From Lama glama (taxonomy: Eukaryota), in contig CM052816.1 in the NCBI GenBank assembly GCA_028534125.1, forward strand, positions 65,722,001 to 65,786,000: DNA of 64,000 nucleotides, written 5' to 3'. Both the position numbers and the translations under genes were made by a program. Shown piece after piece: positions 13,050 to 25,950 of the stretch (position 1 is the first letter of the stretch; each line of letters begins with the position of its first letter). Under the pieces are notes generated by a model. It was not told the DNA's origin and searched no databases. It saw nothing but the letters and a program-made list of their open reading frames with translations.

Positions 13050-13133
13050 TACCTTTTAGCTGTGGGATCCTGGGCAGTTACTTTCCCTCTCTGAGCCTCA
13101 TTCTTCCCATCTGATAAAGTGAACAATAGGATT
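13050..13133 (+). mobile_element. MIR core
   Basis: tagctgtgggatcctgggcagttactttccctctctgagcctca...catctg. Confidence 0.75.
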
Positions 13134-13304
13134 ATGTTCATTTGTTCATATAGCCAATTTTTACCAAATGCCTCTTGAGTGTTAATTATTTTACTAGAAA
13201 AAAGGGAAAGCATAATAAATTAGGTCAATCAGAATCCTTGCCTTCGTGGACCTTCCCTTCTTTGTAATGGAAGAAAAAATTTTACTCCATAAAATGTGTT
13301 GAAT

Positions 13305-13775
13305 GTTTTTTGTGCCGGCTGTTGGCCTCTTGACTCTCAGATCCATTTTCTGCACTTCTCTTCCTCTGCACTTTGTCATAGGAGGCTAATCCCTGAAGGC
13401 ATAGTTCCCAGGTGGCTATGTCTGTTGGTTGGTAGGTGAATTCGGTACATAGGAGACACTGAGCAAACATTTGGAGAGACAAGAGAAGCCAGGATATTTC
13501 CCTCTCTCTGCCTACAGCAGTATTACATGCAATAACTTGTCTCCTCCATGGCTCCAGCCGCAGCCAGGTGGCCCTCCGCCCTGGAAGCAGCAGCCCTTCT
13601 CGCCTTCCTCCAGACCAGAGGTGGTAGTAGCTTCCTTTTGATACAACTTCTGAATTGCCTCACAGTCCCTATCTCACCTTGAACTTTCATCACCTGTGTA
13701 ATGAATTATACCTATTACACTCACTCCTTCTGAAATAGGTAGTGTTTTTCTTTTCTTAGGTGAGTGCTATTTGCT
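13305..13775 (+). mobile_element. LTR33-like ERVL solo LTR inserted in L2
   Basis: cagatccattttctgcac...ggaggctaatccctg...gaggtggtagtagcttcc...cacctgtgtaatga resembles the recalled LTR33 layout. Confidence 0.65.
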
Positions 13776-13789
13776 GAAGTCTTGATAAG

Positions 13790-15190
13790 AGTGATTGATA
13801 GAGGAAGACCCTATGTTAGAAGTAGTCAAAAAAGGTTTACCTATGAAAGAAAAATTTAGGTGAGAATCTCAAGTATAAGTAGGAATGTATCAATGGAGAA
13901 GAGGAAAAGTGTTCTAGATCATGTCATGAAGGGAGAAAAAAATGAGTCACATTTGAGGAACTAAAGGAATGTGGTTGGCTGGAGTGTGAAGTATGAGAGG
14001 AAGGACGGGAAAGAGTATTAAAGGGCTTTCAAGCCTTAATGATTTTGAAGGCAAGTCAATTAGAAGACATTGCAGGGGAGTGATATGGGCATCTGTATTT
14101 CCTAAAGTCAGTGGCTACAGTGTACAGCATTGTTTGGAAAGGAGGCAAAGAACCACTTAGAAGACTGTTGCAGACGGTGATGGGGTGGTGAAGTAGAAGG
14201 ATGGCATGGCAACGGGGAAAAATGAACCAATTTGAGAAACAGAGATAAGAAGTGGAGTCAGTGTGTCTTGATAATTGATAGGTTCTTGGAGACAAAGTTG
14301 AAGAAGGAGTTAGTATTGTTCCCAGGATACAAAATAGGGCAACTGGGTGAATAAATGGGTTACTAATCACTGCAAGAGGGGATACTGGGGGAGATATTTT
14401 GAGCATGACTGAGCTTGAAGTATATGTGGGGCAGCTCCAGATGGAGCTGTCCAGGAGTTAGTACAATCTGTGTGTCTGAAGCTCAGTTGAGACAGAGCTC
14501 AACTAGGGAATTTGATTGGGGTCTGTCCATCCATAGACAGCCATGGAGGGTATTTGAGTCAATGAGACGAACCAGGGGATAGGCAGGATTAGGAGAACAA
14601 AAGAGCCAAGTGAAAAAGAAGTGTTTCAGAAAAGAGGGCATGGCCAGCAGTTTTGGAAATATTTGTTGGATGTAGTGAAATGTAAGTCAGATGGTGACCT
14701 GGTGAGATAAATTTCCACAGTGGTGGGAGCAGAAACCAGACTGAAGTGGGTTGAAGTGAAAGTGTGAAAGAAGAATCAAAATAATCTACAGAAAGAAAAT
14801 TATTTCAAGAAATTTGAATGCTCAGAATGAAGAGATGTGGAGGTAGCTGGATGAAGTAGGAATTGAGCAAAGTTTTATTTAAGATGGGAAATACTAATTC
14901 CATTTGCATTCTTATGGGAAGGACTCGGTAAAGAGGAAGCAAATAGGAGATAACGGGTGCAGCTGGGTTTCTGAGGATGTAAGAGGGACTGAGATCCAAA
15001 GCACAGGTGGTAGAGTTTGCCTGAGGTAGTAATGGGAGGTTAAAATGGAAATCATCAATGTGGGTGTGGGTGCGTTTGTCAGCTGGGTGGCTGGACATGG
15101 AGAACGTTCCTTTTTGATGGTTACTATTTTCTCTTTGAGGAGGAAAATCATCTGCTGTGTGTGGGAAGTGGGGACTCAATGCTGGAGAAA
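13790..15190 (-). mobile_element. Long L2 LINE remnant
   Basis: Continuous purine-rich L2 antisense motifs: tggctacagtgt, gcaactgggtgaataaatgg, cagaaaccagactgaagtgggttga, gagatccaaagcacaggtgg. Confidence 0.8.
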
Positions 15191-15352
15191 GAAGAAGAAA
15201 AGACATTTGCTACCATCTTTAGGGAAAGTGAAAGAGCTGATTAATAATTGTTAGAATTTTTAAATGTTTGTAAGATGCCTGGGTTATAGTTGTTTAAGAA
15301 GTATTAGCAGCCTTGTCTCTGCATTTTATTGCCTGTGCTGCTAAACCTCAGT

Positions 15353-15386
15353 CCGCAGTCACTCTTTTGACCACTAGATGGTGCAC
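15353..15386 (+). promoter_or_regulatory. CTCF site, core plus upstream motif
   Basis: TGACCACTAGATGGTGCAC (15368-15386) matches CCASYAGRKGGCRC with one C>T change. CCGCAGTCAC lies 5 bp upstream, as expected for the ZF9-11 upstream motif. Confidence 0.6.
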
Positions 15387-17440
15387 TCCTTGCTGAAATG
15401 CAGACCTGCATGTTCTTTTTGTTACCAGCCAAGACTGACAGATGAGTAAATTGAGTTGTTAACTTCTTGATAGGAATTAAGATGCTTTTCTTTTTAAAGT
15501 ATTTCTCTTAAAAAAAAATCTTAAACAATACATCCCTCAATTGTATATACAGTTTATGGGGCAGAGAATGTGGTGCCACAGAAACCTTAGGAAATGCATG
15601 ATTTGCTTTCACACTAAGTGTAATATACATAGCGTACCATCTCTTCCAATTTTTTGTCTTAAAAATGCTAATCAGTTGGCACTAGGTGATCATTTGCATA
15701 GTCAGAATAGAGCTTTGGGCTTAGCATTTTATCTTAAAATAAATCAGAAATTGCATTGCTGTGGGTGTCAGTATGGTACATATAGCCAGAACACTGAAGA
15801 AATCCTGCCAAATGGCAAACACCACCCAGAAACTGAATTCCATCACTCAGTTACCATTTGGCAAATGTGTGTATGCTCTTGGGTAAGTTAAATGTCAGTT
15901 ATTGGTCCAGATCTTTGTTTTTAAAAAGGTCCTGCCAATTGTGCCATGTTAGTTGAAGTGATTCAAGGAAATCAAGTCATTCTAAGGAATTTCCTCACTG
16001 CTTCATAATGAAAGTTGGAGTGGGGGTGACCACAATGCAGGTGGCCTTTTCCCGCCCATGTCATTTTTTTAGGTAGGCCACCATCCCCCAAGATAAGATG
16101 TTAGACTGAAAAAATCCTACACAATTTAACCAAGTTAAGAATATAGGCATTTTAAAAATCCCGAAAACAAGGTTGTTCTTTTGAATCTCAAAACCCAACC
16201 ATTTCACATATGTCTTTCTCCTTGCAAGGAATTTGAGACAGATAAGAAAAGGGAGGTAAGATAAGAGAGTTCAATATGAATAATTAATATAAAGTCTACA
16301 ATGTTAAGTAAGGGATACTTTTATCCAGTAGGTTCAAGATTTTGTTAGCGAGGGTATTTTTAAAGGTTTTAAAGCACATTTGGAGGGGGAGACCTGGGAA
16401 GAAAACTGCATAAGCCTTGTATAAGAGAGTGCTGTGGAATATTCCTGAAACAAACTTTCCTGGGTCTAAACACTCCTTGATTACAAACCAAGATTTAGAG
16501 TGACCAAAGAATTTGCTGTCTAAGAGTAAAAGGGGGACTATTACTAATTTTACAGGAAAACAGGAGCAAACCCAAAAACAGGTGCAAAGCAGGGCTGTCT
16601 CAGGCAGACCAGGGAGGTTCAAGGTGAGATGGAACACTCTTGAGTAAAGAGCGTTGAAAGTCATTTGAGCCCATGGCTGCAAATAGAATTAGTATTTGTA
16701 GGACTTGGTGCATCCGGAGCATAGTTATGTGATCAGTAACCTTTGACATCTGTAATGTAGGGCCTCTCAACCTCTCTACCTGGAATCAGGGACCACAGAC
16801 AACATATGGGTGGGAGATAGAGGATTGTAACAGATTCCCCTGGGGAAAGACATTTTTATTTTTTCTTATCATTATTTTTGTTCCCAAGCTAACAACAACT
16901 CTCCCTTTTCTCTCTCTGTTGGCACAGGACAAAACAAACAAACAAACAAAAAAAAACCCCACACATTTGAGAATCTCCACTATAAAGATGGTTCTTTAAA
17001 TTGTGGCTGCAATTGCTTCTGTTGTAAATTTCCATAGATTATGGTTATAATGATACTGGGAATGATACCCTGGTGTGTTGAAAATTCAGGGAACTTCATT
17101 CCCATTCAGCCAGCACTCCCCAAGCGCTCCTTACCAGTGAAATGCCTGAGGCACTTGGGAGAACCGAGCCGGAGAGCAGAGAGAGGAACGAGGGAAAGCC
17201 TCCTCCGTGTGGCTTCGGGAGTGCTGGAGCTTGGCGCAGAGCTTCTTGCTCAAATGACAGCCAGCAGATCTTCCTAGAGTTTCTTGTCAAAAACCTCATG
17301 ACAGACTTGAGAAAGGACCATTTTATTTAACAAAAATGCCTTTCCCAACTCAGACTCCCTTGTGTCAGCCCTCTTTGTATAGAGAAAACGAAAACGTCTG
17401 CCAACAATCTATCCCTGACAACTGTGAGCTCATTCGTCCT

Positions 17441-17799
17441 TTCAGTCAGTTGAGACCAGTCACATGGAGGTAACTAACCACTCTGATACTGCAGTGGCTA
17501 CAACCATAGTTTTATTTCTTGCACTTGTTAGATGTTCTTAGCTGGCCGGTGGTACTCTGTTCCTTAGCCTTTTCATTAAGGAGCAGCCCATCCTGAGAAG
17601 GCAGAAGAGATGGGGAGATGGCAGGACCACATAATGGCTTTTAGAGCACAGAAATGCCATAAATCTCTTCCACTCACAGGCCATTGGCCAGAGTAAGTCA
17701 CATGGTCAAGCTTAGCATCAAGGGGCAGCAGTATAGCCCTTGCACAGGAATGGGTTTGGAAAGCCATTCAGTATTTTGACAATAGTATAGTATACCACA
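17441..17799 (-). mobile_element. Old MLT1 (I/J/L-type) solo LTR
   Basis: cttccactcacaggccattggccagagtaagtcacatggtcaagctta...taccaca. Confidence 0.7.
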
Positions 17800-19378
17800 T
17801 TCTTGCAAGGAAATCATGGAAACTACTTAAAGTTTTAACATAGATCCTGCGTTCTACCCCTTGTGCTGTCCCTACTGTTCCTTTCTCCTTCTGACAAATT
17901 ACTATTCTTGTTCTTCTTATAGATGTTTCCAAACCCACACAAGCCAGTAGCACTTAACACACTTAAGCTTGGTTTTCTTGTCTGTCTCCTTTACTCAACT
18001 GTGGAACTTTGAGAGCAGGAGTGATCTGTGAGTCTCCAGGGTAGGGTTGGCACATACAGAAACCTTCATTAAGCATTTACTGACTACTAATGAATTAATG
18101 TAAAGGATGGAGTGTTTGCATTGACTTCTCCACCATCACACCCCACTCCCTTCCAACAAGAAATCTTGTAAAATGAGTAGAAATCACAGTGGAATATTGA
18201 AGAATGGCTTCGTATTCACTAGATGGAAAAGTACGGGGAGGCAAATCCAGGGAAAAGGAAGTTAGTGGATCCAGTTGTAGTCTTGTTGAGTGAAGGTCAA
18301 ATTCTTCTTGGATTTTACATCCTAAATGCAAGAGTCCATATATCATCAAGCTTGGTCGCTGCCAAGTCTGAGCCATCCCACAGCACTGGTGAGGTAAACT
18401 GCCAGTGTAGGGCCCAGACTGTCAACCCTGACCCTTATTAGATTTCTCCCCAAAACAAGTCTTTACTCCACCTGCACAGATGATGCAAAGTCATTAAAGG
18501 AATGTGTAAATCAGTAACTATTTTTCAGTGTTTCATATGTGACATTTTATTAATTGCTTACTCATTAATTAAAATCTACCCTAGCATAACATCTAAATAC
18601 AGCGTTGCCATCTGACGTTGACTCTGGAAATTACAGATTTTGCGTTACTATTTTTAAAGCACATATGAAGAGAATAGAGGGAGAGTGATGGATTAGAAGA
18701 CACCAGAGTTCATGCACTAATTTAATAGAGACTGAGCTTTCCTAGGTGATTCCTGCAGGAAGCTCTCCACTTCTTCTAGGGATGTTGCCATTACTCTCAT
18801 GTTTGGGGGATTCCCCTTTGAACCACCCTTTAGAGTCTATGCTACACATTTTTTTAAAAAATTCATTGATGACAAATTTCCATGCGCTGAAGGTGGATCT
18901 GATTCTAAGAAGCTGCCAAAAGCCCTTTGGCATTAAGTGTGATGATTAAAGTGGATAATCAAGTTAGCTAATGCGATTTGGGTCAAATGGGAAGTGACTA
19001 TAAAATCAAGATGCTGTTTCCTTATGCACGCAGGAAGTGGCTTGTAAGGATGGTTCCCAAAGGGACATGCCAAAAATGTCTTCAGCCCTAGTGGTGTTCA
19101 TTCATTTATTCATTCAGCAAGCAGGCTTTCTTTTTTCACTGAAATAAGTCATTAAGGAAACATGAATTTGAATTTGCATATAGTGTATATGTTTGAAAAA
19201 TCACTCTCATTACTTTATAAGCAGTTTACTTAGTAATTACTTAAAATGAATATAAATAAAATGATAATTTATAATATCAATATAATATTTGCATACATAA
19301 AGGATTATATGTTAAATAATTCATATATAATACACATATAATATATATAGCACAATGACCAAATTAAATTATTCTTTT

Positions 19379-19538
19379 TTAATTGTATTATAGTTGACTT
19401 AGAATATTATATTAGTTTTAAGTGTACAGCATATGATTTGATATTTGTATACATCCTCCATTATATGAAGTTATTACAATATCATTAATTATATTCTCTG
19501 AGCAGTACATTACATCCCTGTGGCTTGTTTATTTTGTG
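19379..19538 (-). mobile_element. L1 3' end (L1MA-type)
   Basis: tatagttgac...tattagtttta agtgtacagcat...tacattacatccctgtggctt, with TSD TTATTCTTTT at 19369-19378 and 19539-19548. Confidence 0.8.
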
Positions 19539-21419
19539 TTATTCTTTTATAGTTTTTTTTCAATTTTTAAAAATCCGCATATACTTTTAAGCAAATGCCT
19601 CTGTTAGATCAGAAATATCAAACTGACAAATAATACTAGATAAATTATTTAACTATTGGTTATTCTATCTTAAAACCAATGGGCTTCCTTTGTACCTAGC
19701 CAACACTCAGCTCTATATATTACCCTATTGGATAGTGACAAAAACTACTTTAAAATATACATAGTGTGCTGTCTATCATACTTTATGTTCTTTAGCAAGT
19801 CCAGCAACTGCAAATGAATTTTATTGTAGGCAGGAGATATATTTTCCTAAAGTGATGTAAGTCCTTTCTGCACAAATATGTAAATAAATAAATACACGCA
19901 TGCATATGTAAGCAACATAAGCATAGTTCCCAAGCTATGCAATTTTCCTCTAGTGAGTCTGAACAGCATTTGCGACTGGATTTAAGCTATGCCTGGATGT
20001 CGTTTGAAAGTATTTGAAAAGTTACAGTTTGTTCACTATATTATTTTGTCTACATGATCTCACATAATTTTGACTAAATCCATTGGTATTGAGGTCGTGT
20101 AGACCTGTAGACCATCTTCTTAAATTCTCGTTAAATGATTGACCGTCTTTACAATTGTACACAATTGCAACAGAAATCTATATATTCAGGCAGTTTAGTC
20201 TGCAATTTAATGGCATGTAAATCTTGAGAACAAAATTACTGGAAACTTCAGCTGTGTCACCATAAACCAGAACAACAGTACATGTCAGTCTCACTAAGCA
20301 AGTATTACCTGGCATAAACTCAATGTTTCTTGAGTACATGAAAAATGTGCTGTTGAATGATTCTTCCTTCACAGAAATTGACTATATGTATTGATCTTCG
20401 TTTAAATACAGAGTTCTATTGGTAAATGAAAACATTGTTTCATAATATAATAGTAAGTTGCTGATACATACTCATGAGACAATTTCAGAGCAACAGTAAA
20501 TCTTTGTAAACAGTGGAAAATAGTTCCAGAAAGTGCAAAGTTGTGGTAGAAAGGCCAGTACTTTCTCTAGCTGAGTGCTAATGTTTTGATTAGAATTTAA
20601 TCAAGTGATAGCAGATTTACTTCTTTCTCAGCTCAAAGTTTCACTTGAAATGTCTTCAGTTCAATTTCTTAGAGAAGTCAGGAGGAAATGAATTTGAGCT
20701 AGGTAACTTGGGTGGGGATTGTGTCAAACTGAAGAATGCCTACCCCATCTACAGGAGATAGCTGATACTCTGTCTCAGTTTTAAATCACTGTGTAGGAAG
20801 AAGGGCTCTGTGTTCTAGACCTTGTAAATTTTCAAAAGACGTTCAAAATTCAACTTTAATATGACAGACATATCCTGTATGCTTCAAATATTGGATCCAA
20901 AGGAAAAAAAAATTAACAGTATGTTGGTCAAAGGCAGTTCTGTTAGCCATGTGTGGTCCAAGGACAGCCAGTTCACCTACTCTATCCTGCGTCTCTTTCC
21001 TGCCATAGTGTTTATCTTCATTTCTCTTACGTAGAATTGTGAATATTGTACTCCAGTTTGTCCACAGTTATGAGCAAAGCCAAAGGTCTGTAGCCAAGCC
21101 CTGGATGTGTTTCTGATATCTTTAGAAAACCTCCAGAAGGATTCTCCTGTTTTTCTCACCATGTTCTAAGGATAAATAGCCCAAAACAAAAAGGCAAAGT
21201 ACCCTGGCTACTGTGGACCTTTAAGCATTCAGGTCACTTGCAGAAATGGGAGTATTTTCTATGTGAAGGTGTCATGAAGGGAAGTTACTAGAGTTTGGGA
21301 TCAGGTACTTTTTTACTTGATCTTAACAAGTTTAGTTCTTAGCAACTTACTAAGAAAGATTGCTTCTTCCTTGTTACCCTGCTGTGTCACCCAAGAAAAC
21401 ATTTATATTTTCTCTTATT

Positions 21420-21500
21420 TCTCTCTTGCTTGCTCTCGTGCTTGCTTGCTCGCTCGCTCGCTCGCTCTCTCTCTCTTTCTTTCTCTCTCTCTCTCTCTCT
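21420..21500. repeat. (GCTT)n-(GCTC)5-(CT)n compound microsatellite
   Basis: Seen directly. Confidence 0.9.
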
Positions 21501-23779
21501 GTCCCTATGCTAAATTCTACAATTTTTTTTCCCCTTTACCTGGTTTCTGTCACTTTTGTATCCAAAAGGTCAAGAGAAAGAAAGGGCTGCTCCTCAGTTA
21601 ACTAGGGTTATCTCTGAGAACAAACAAGGGCAAAAACCTAAGGAAAGGTTAAATGTCGAATGTATCCACTCTACTAATACACATTTGTGGTTTAAAAGGC
21701 ACACTTCATTGAATAATTTAAAATATGCTTTTACCATCTGTTCTCTCCGAGATTAACATTGTTCATGATAGCAAAATAATCACATGTTAAATAAATTCTA
21801 GATACTGTGTTCTACCATTTGTAATAGCAATGACATTGGTAATTCAGATGACCTAGTCCTTCCTTTCTCCATGTAACTGCACTATTGATTTTCCCATATG
21901 GAAAAAGCAAACAACTGCGTACATACTTTTTTTCTAAAATGGAACATGCAGTTCAGGAATTCTGTCATTTCTTGTATGAAAATAAAAAATAAAGTGTAAA
22001 CATGTGCCGTCTTTGATGGCAACATTATATAAGTGTTTGGGAATAATATTTGCTGTCTTTATCTACTTCTTTGTGTAAATTCATCAGAGAAATGGTAAGA
22101 TTGTCATATGCATCTTTTAGAAACTATGCAATCAGTTTTACCCAGGGGTTCTGTTGTCTGTCTGGAATGATACAGGGTGAGAGTTTCTATGTAAACTGAA
22201 CGGGTTTACTCCAGGGTGGATATTGATTTTTTTTGTCCCTGAGCTCTTATAACATTTCGTGTTTGAGCCTCATTGTGGGCTGTCTCATACTACCTGCAAA
22301 TTTATCCATGTGTTTAAGTCTTTTTTTCCTCAAAAATATTGTAAGCTTTGTGAGGATAGGGGCAGTTTGATTCTCCTTTTGTGTCTCTCAAAGTTTCCCA
22401 CCTGCTGGGTTTTCCAAGGGCAAAATAAATGATGGGTAAATGATTGATTTTAATGTTGTAAAGTAGGGGGAAAGTTAAAAAAAATGATTGTTGCTTCTGA
22501 TAGCACATTTTCAAGATGATTTGGGCCAATGACTTCTTCTACCCATGCCTAATTCAGGTGTGTAAACTGTTCTTAGTCTGGGCTCTTCCTATGTGAACCT
22601 CTATGATAGTAGAATATGGATGGAAGGGCCCTTGAGGACATTTCAAAAGTCTTCCAAATACCCTCTGCTTAATAACCATCTTCTGTCAGAAAACCTCCCT
22701 GTGTTGCTGCATTCTATTCCCTCTGCTTCTCTTTAAAACCACATCTTATTTTCTGAGAGAGGATAGAATATAGTAGGCATCATTGTTCTTTGTAAAAGGT
22801 CTTCGAGTCATGTCATTAAATCACTCTTGTCTTCTCATCTTTAAGCAAAATGGTACCAATTTATTTAAACATTCTTTCTCAGTCCCAATATATTCTCTTA
22901 TGAAAGTTCTTTAAGAGTCACTTTTCAAGCTTAGTGAGGTCTCTCACTTGATCAAGGATCCTATAAAAGGCAGAATAAATTCAAAGGCCCTGATGTTGCA
23001 GTTCTTTTTGTCATCCCATTTGACCTTCTTGCTTTTGTACTGAGCTTTAACTGATTTGTCACTAAATTATCTGTTATTTATGCTCAGTATTGCCAAACCA
23101 TATTTTCATTCCCCATTTCTTTTCACTATCTGGTTTCATTCCCCTTTTGTGTTCACTATTTGGTGTTCACGTTATACTGCCTTGGTCTCAGTTAAATTGT
23201 TTTTTCATATTAGGAAGTCAATTTAATATCTGAATGATCTTCCAAGATTTGCCTACTATTTTTTTTTTTACTTTTCTCCCACAAAGCAGTCTCATTGATA
23301 AAAATACCTAGTTCCAAAGCTCATTGTCATTATTTGTGTCTGCCAATTCACACAAAATTAGTCATAATCTCACTAGCACTTGTCTGGTAAATTGGGAAAA
23401 TGCTATAGAAATTGTCCATTTTTATTTTGATATGGCATGTGAGAATGTCTCTTGTGGTATAATTGTAGATATAATGGATATATGGGCTGGGTGAAAATGC
23501 AGTTAAATAGTTAAGTAGACTTATTACTAGTTGAAAAAAAGATGAAGAGTACTGAATCAAGAATAGAAGATTATTTGTTCAATCCGACATCCAGAAAAAC
23601 GTACTTGAAAGTGACAGGAAACACACTGGGATGCAAAGTCGGGATCAACAGTTATTTATGTTTGCTAATAAAAATTGCTGTAGTTTCAAGTCTGCAATTA
23701 ATCTGAACTGGATTATGGAATCCTGTGGAAGATGGTGCATGAATTAAGAGTTTGAGGAGACGTCTGTCTTAAGCCTCAT

Positions 23780-24325
23780 TCATAGATTTATAATGAGCTG
23801 AGAAGTGGAGATGACTGTCTCTCTCTGCCCCATAATAGTTACATCATATCTGGAGTGTTGGTTTGATTGCACATAAGACACTTTAAGAGGAATCAACAGG
23901 CAGGAATAAGTCCAGAAGCACGTGGCCAGGATGGTGAAACATCTGGAAATTATGACATATTGGGAACAATCCAATGACCTGAGAGTGTGTAGCCTAGAAA
24001 AGGGGGAGTGTGAAAGCTCTCTTTATGTCACCACAGAGTTGTCATAATGACAAAGAGTCAGGTTTGATTTTGGATGACTCCAGATCTAGGATCATGAGAT
24101 AGTATTTATCAAAAGTGAAATTTAGTTTGTTACAAAGGACTCTACAATTTTTGGATATGCTCAAAGCTGAGCATCCTGCCCTGTGAAGCAGGTTGGTCCT
24201 CATCCCAGGAGGGGCCTGAGCAGGACCAGACACTTGCTTCTCCCTGGAGAGTGTTCATGCATTAGAAGGAGACTGCATTTCCCAGTGCTTCTAATAAACA
24301 TTCCAATTATGAGAACTTAATGCAT
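23780..24325 (+). mobile_element. L3/CR1 LINE 3' region
   Basis: catatctggagtgtt...cactttaagagg...tccagaag...ccaggatggtgaa...tagcctagaaaag match CR1/L3 RT 3' hallmarks. Confidence 0.7.
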
Positions 24326-25129
24326 GAAAAGTTCTCAGCACAGAGCCTTTTATAGACTTCTTATCAAATACTCATGAGATACTAGCTATAACTATTATTG
24401 GTAGTGACTAATCCATGACTTTCTAACATTATTTGTCTCAGAGGAATATGTCAAGGGAAGGTGACTCTGTTTAAAATTTTAGCACCAGCTTCTGTTGCTA
24501 AATAATTAAGGTAGTTAACAAGGGCCTATGATTCTTATAACTGATTTACTCTTAATTTATTAGCTCTTTATGTTTTCTATAATTGCCTTTATGTCTTATG
24601 TTGCCTGGATTTGGGATTCATTCATCACATTGAACAGGAAAATTTTAAGCAGTTGCTAAATCACAGTTGCCTATATAAATTTATCTAGTGACTCACAATA
24701 GCAGTAGTTCATCAACAAAGGAATAAATCATGACAGAAAAACATGGATCTCTTCCACTGATTAAAAGGACTATTTTAGTTTAGGGATTTGTAGAACTTAA
24801 TACAGTTATGTTCTGTGTCATGTTAACGTCATTGGATTTTTTTTCCTTAAGTGATGGATTTATCTCTCATCATTGCAGTTAATATTTATTGAAGGCATTC
24901 ATTCATTCATTCACTTAGTTATTAATTCAACAGATATTATACCAGACACTGCCTGGGCCTTCATGTCTGTATAGTCTCCTTTCCCCTTTATCTCCCTTTG
25001 AGTCAGTCACCACTGTAAGTCTGTCCCCTCCACAGCTCACATCCCCTAGACCCTGCCACCAGGGGCTCCATGGCAGTGAGGCAGTCCCCCTCTGCGCCCC
25101 ATCCCTGAACTTCTTGTGTCCCTTCCCCC

Positions 25130-25293
25130 ACTTATCGCCTCATATATTTTGCTTATTTATATGTCTATCTACCTTCCTCTACTGGAATGTCAGTTTCATA
25201 AAAGCAGGCATACATGTCTATTTTGTTTGCTCCTGGGTTCCCAATACCCAGAATAGTAACTTGACAATTATTTGTTGGATGAATAAATAAATA
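25130..25293 (+). mobile_element. L2 3' tail
   Basis: actggaatgtcagtttcataaaagcagg...tatttgttggatgaataaat. Confidence 0.75.
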
Positions 25294-25825
25294 AAGCTTC
25301 AGTGTCATGGAAACTGGTACTAGAAAGGTGTCATTAATCCTCTAGGGTTACCTAATTCATTTTTGGTGGCACAGGGTTATGAACCCAAGTCACTTATCTC
25401 TGAAACCAGCATCCTCATTCTCAATCTCGCCTTCATTAACAAGTAACTTCTGAATTTCGCTGTATGATCCTAGGGATCTAGAGGTGTCTGACAATGGCAA
25501 AGATATTTCACTGCTATATGGGTTTGAATACAGGGGGATAACTTTTTTCTCATCAAGATTTAGGAGACCATCCAGGTCAATATTTACCTGCCTCATCCAT
25601 TGCTATATAGATCACTCCTTTTATACTTTGTTTCCTCTCTGGTTTTATTCAATTTGTCTATCATGAGTTTTTCTATTATCTGTTATTTTTTCTTGGGCCA
25701 TCAGTGCAGACCCTAGACAAAGTGGGATATGGTTTGGAGGAGCAATTATGAATAAGACTCAGTCTTTGCCTTTGAGCTCAATATAGAGACCAAGGCAGCC
25801 TTGGAAGTCTGTAGTTCCACAGTCA

Positions 25826-25950
25826 GATGATAACCAGATAATTTATAATCCAAGCAGTGGTACCTTTGAGATTAAAAGAAGGCAGTACTTAATAATCATA
25901 CTGGGAAAATGGCTAGTTTAAGGAGTTAATGAAGATAAAATAAGGGTACA
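25826..25950 (+). mobile_element. MER94/MER81-like hAT-Blackjack MITE
   Basis: ataatttataatccaa...ctttgagattaaaagaaggc...ttaataatcatactggga. Confidence 0.5.

Noticed and set aside
25054..25069. CCACCAGGGGCTCC as a CTCF site
   Set aside because: One G short, which breaks the GGC register.
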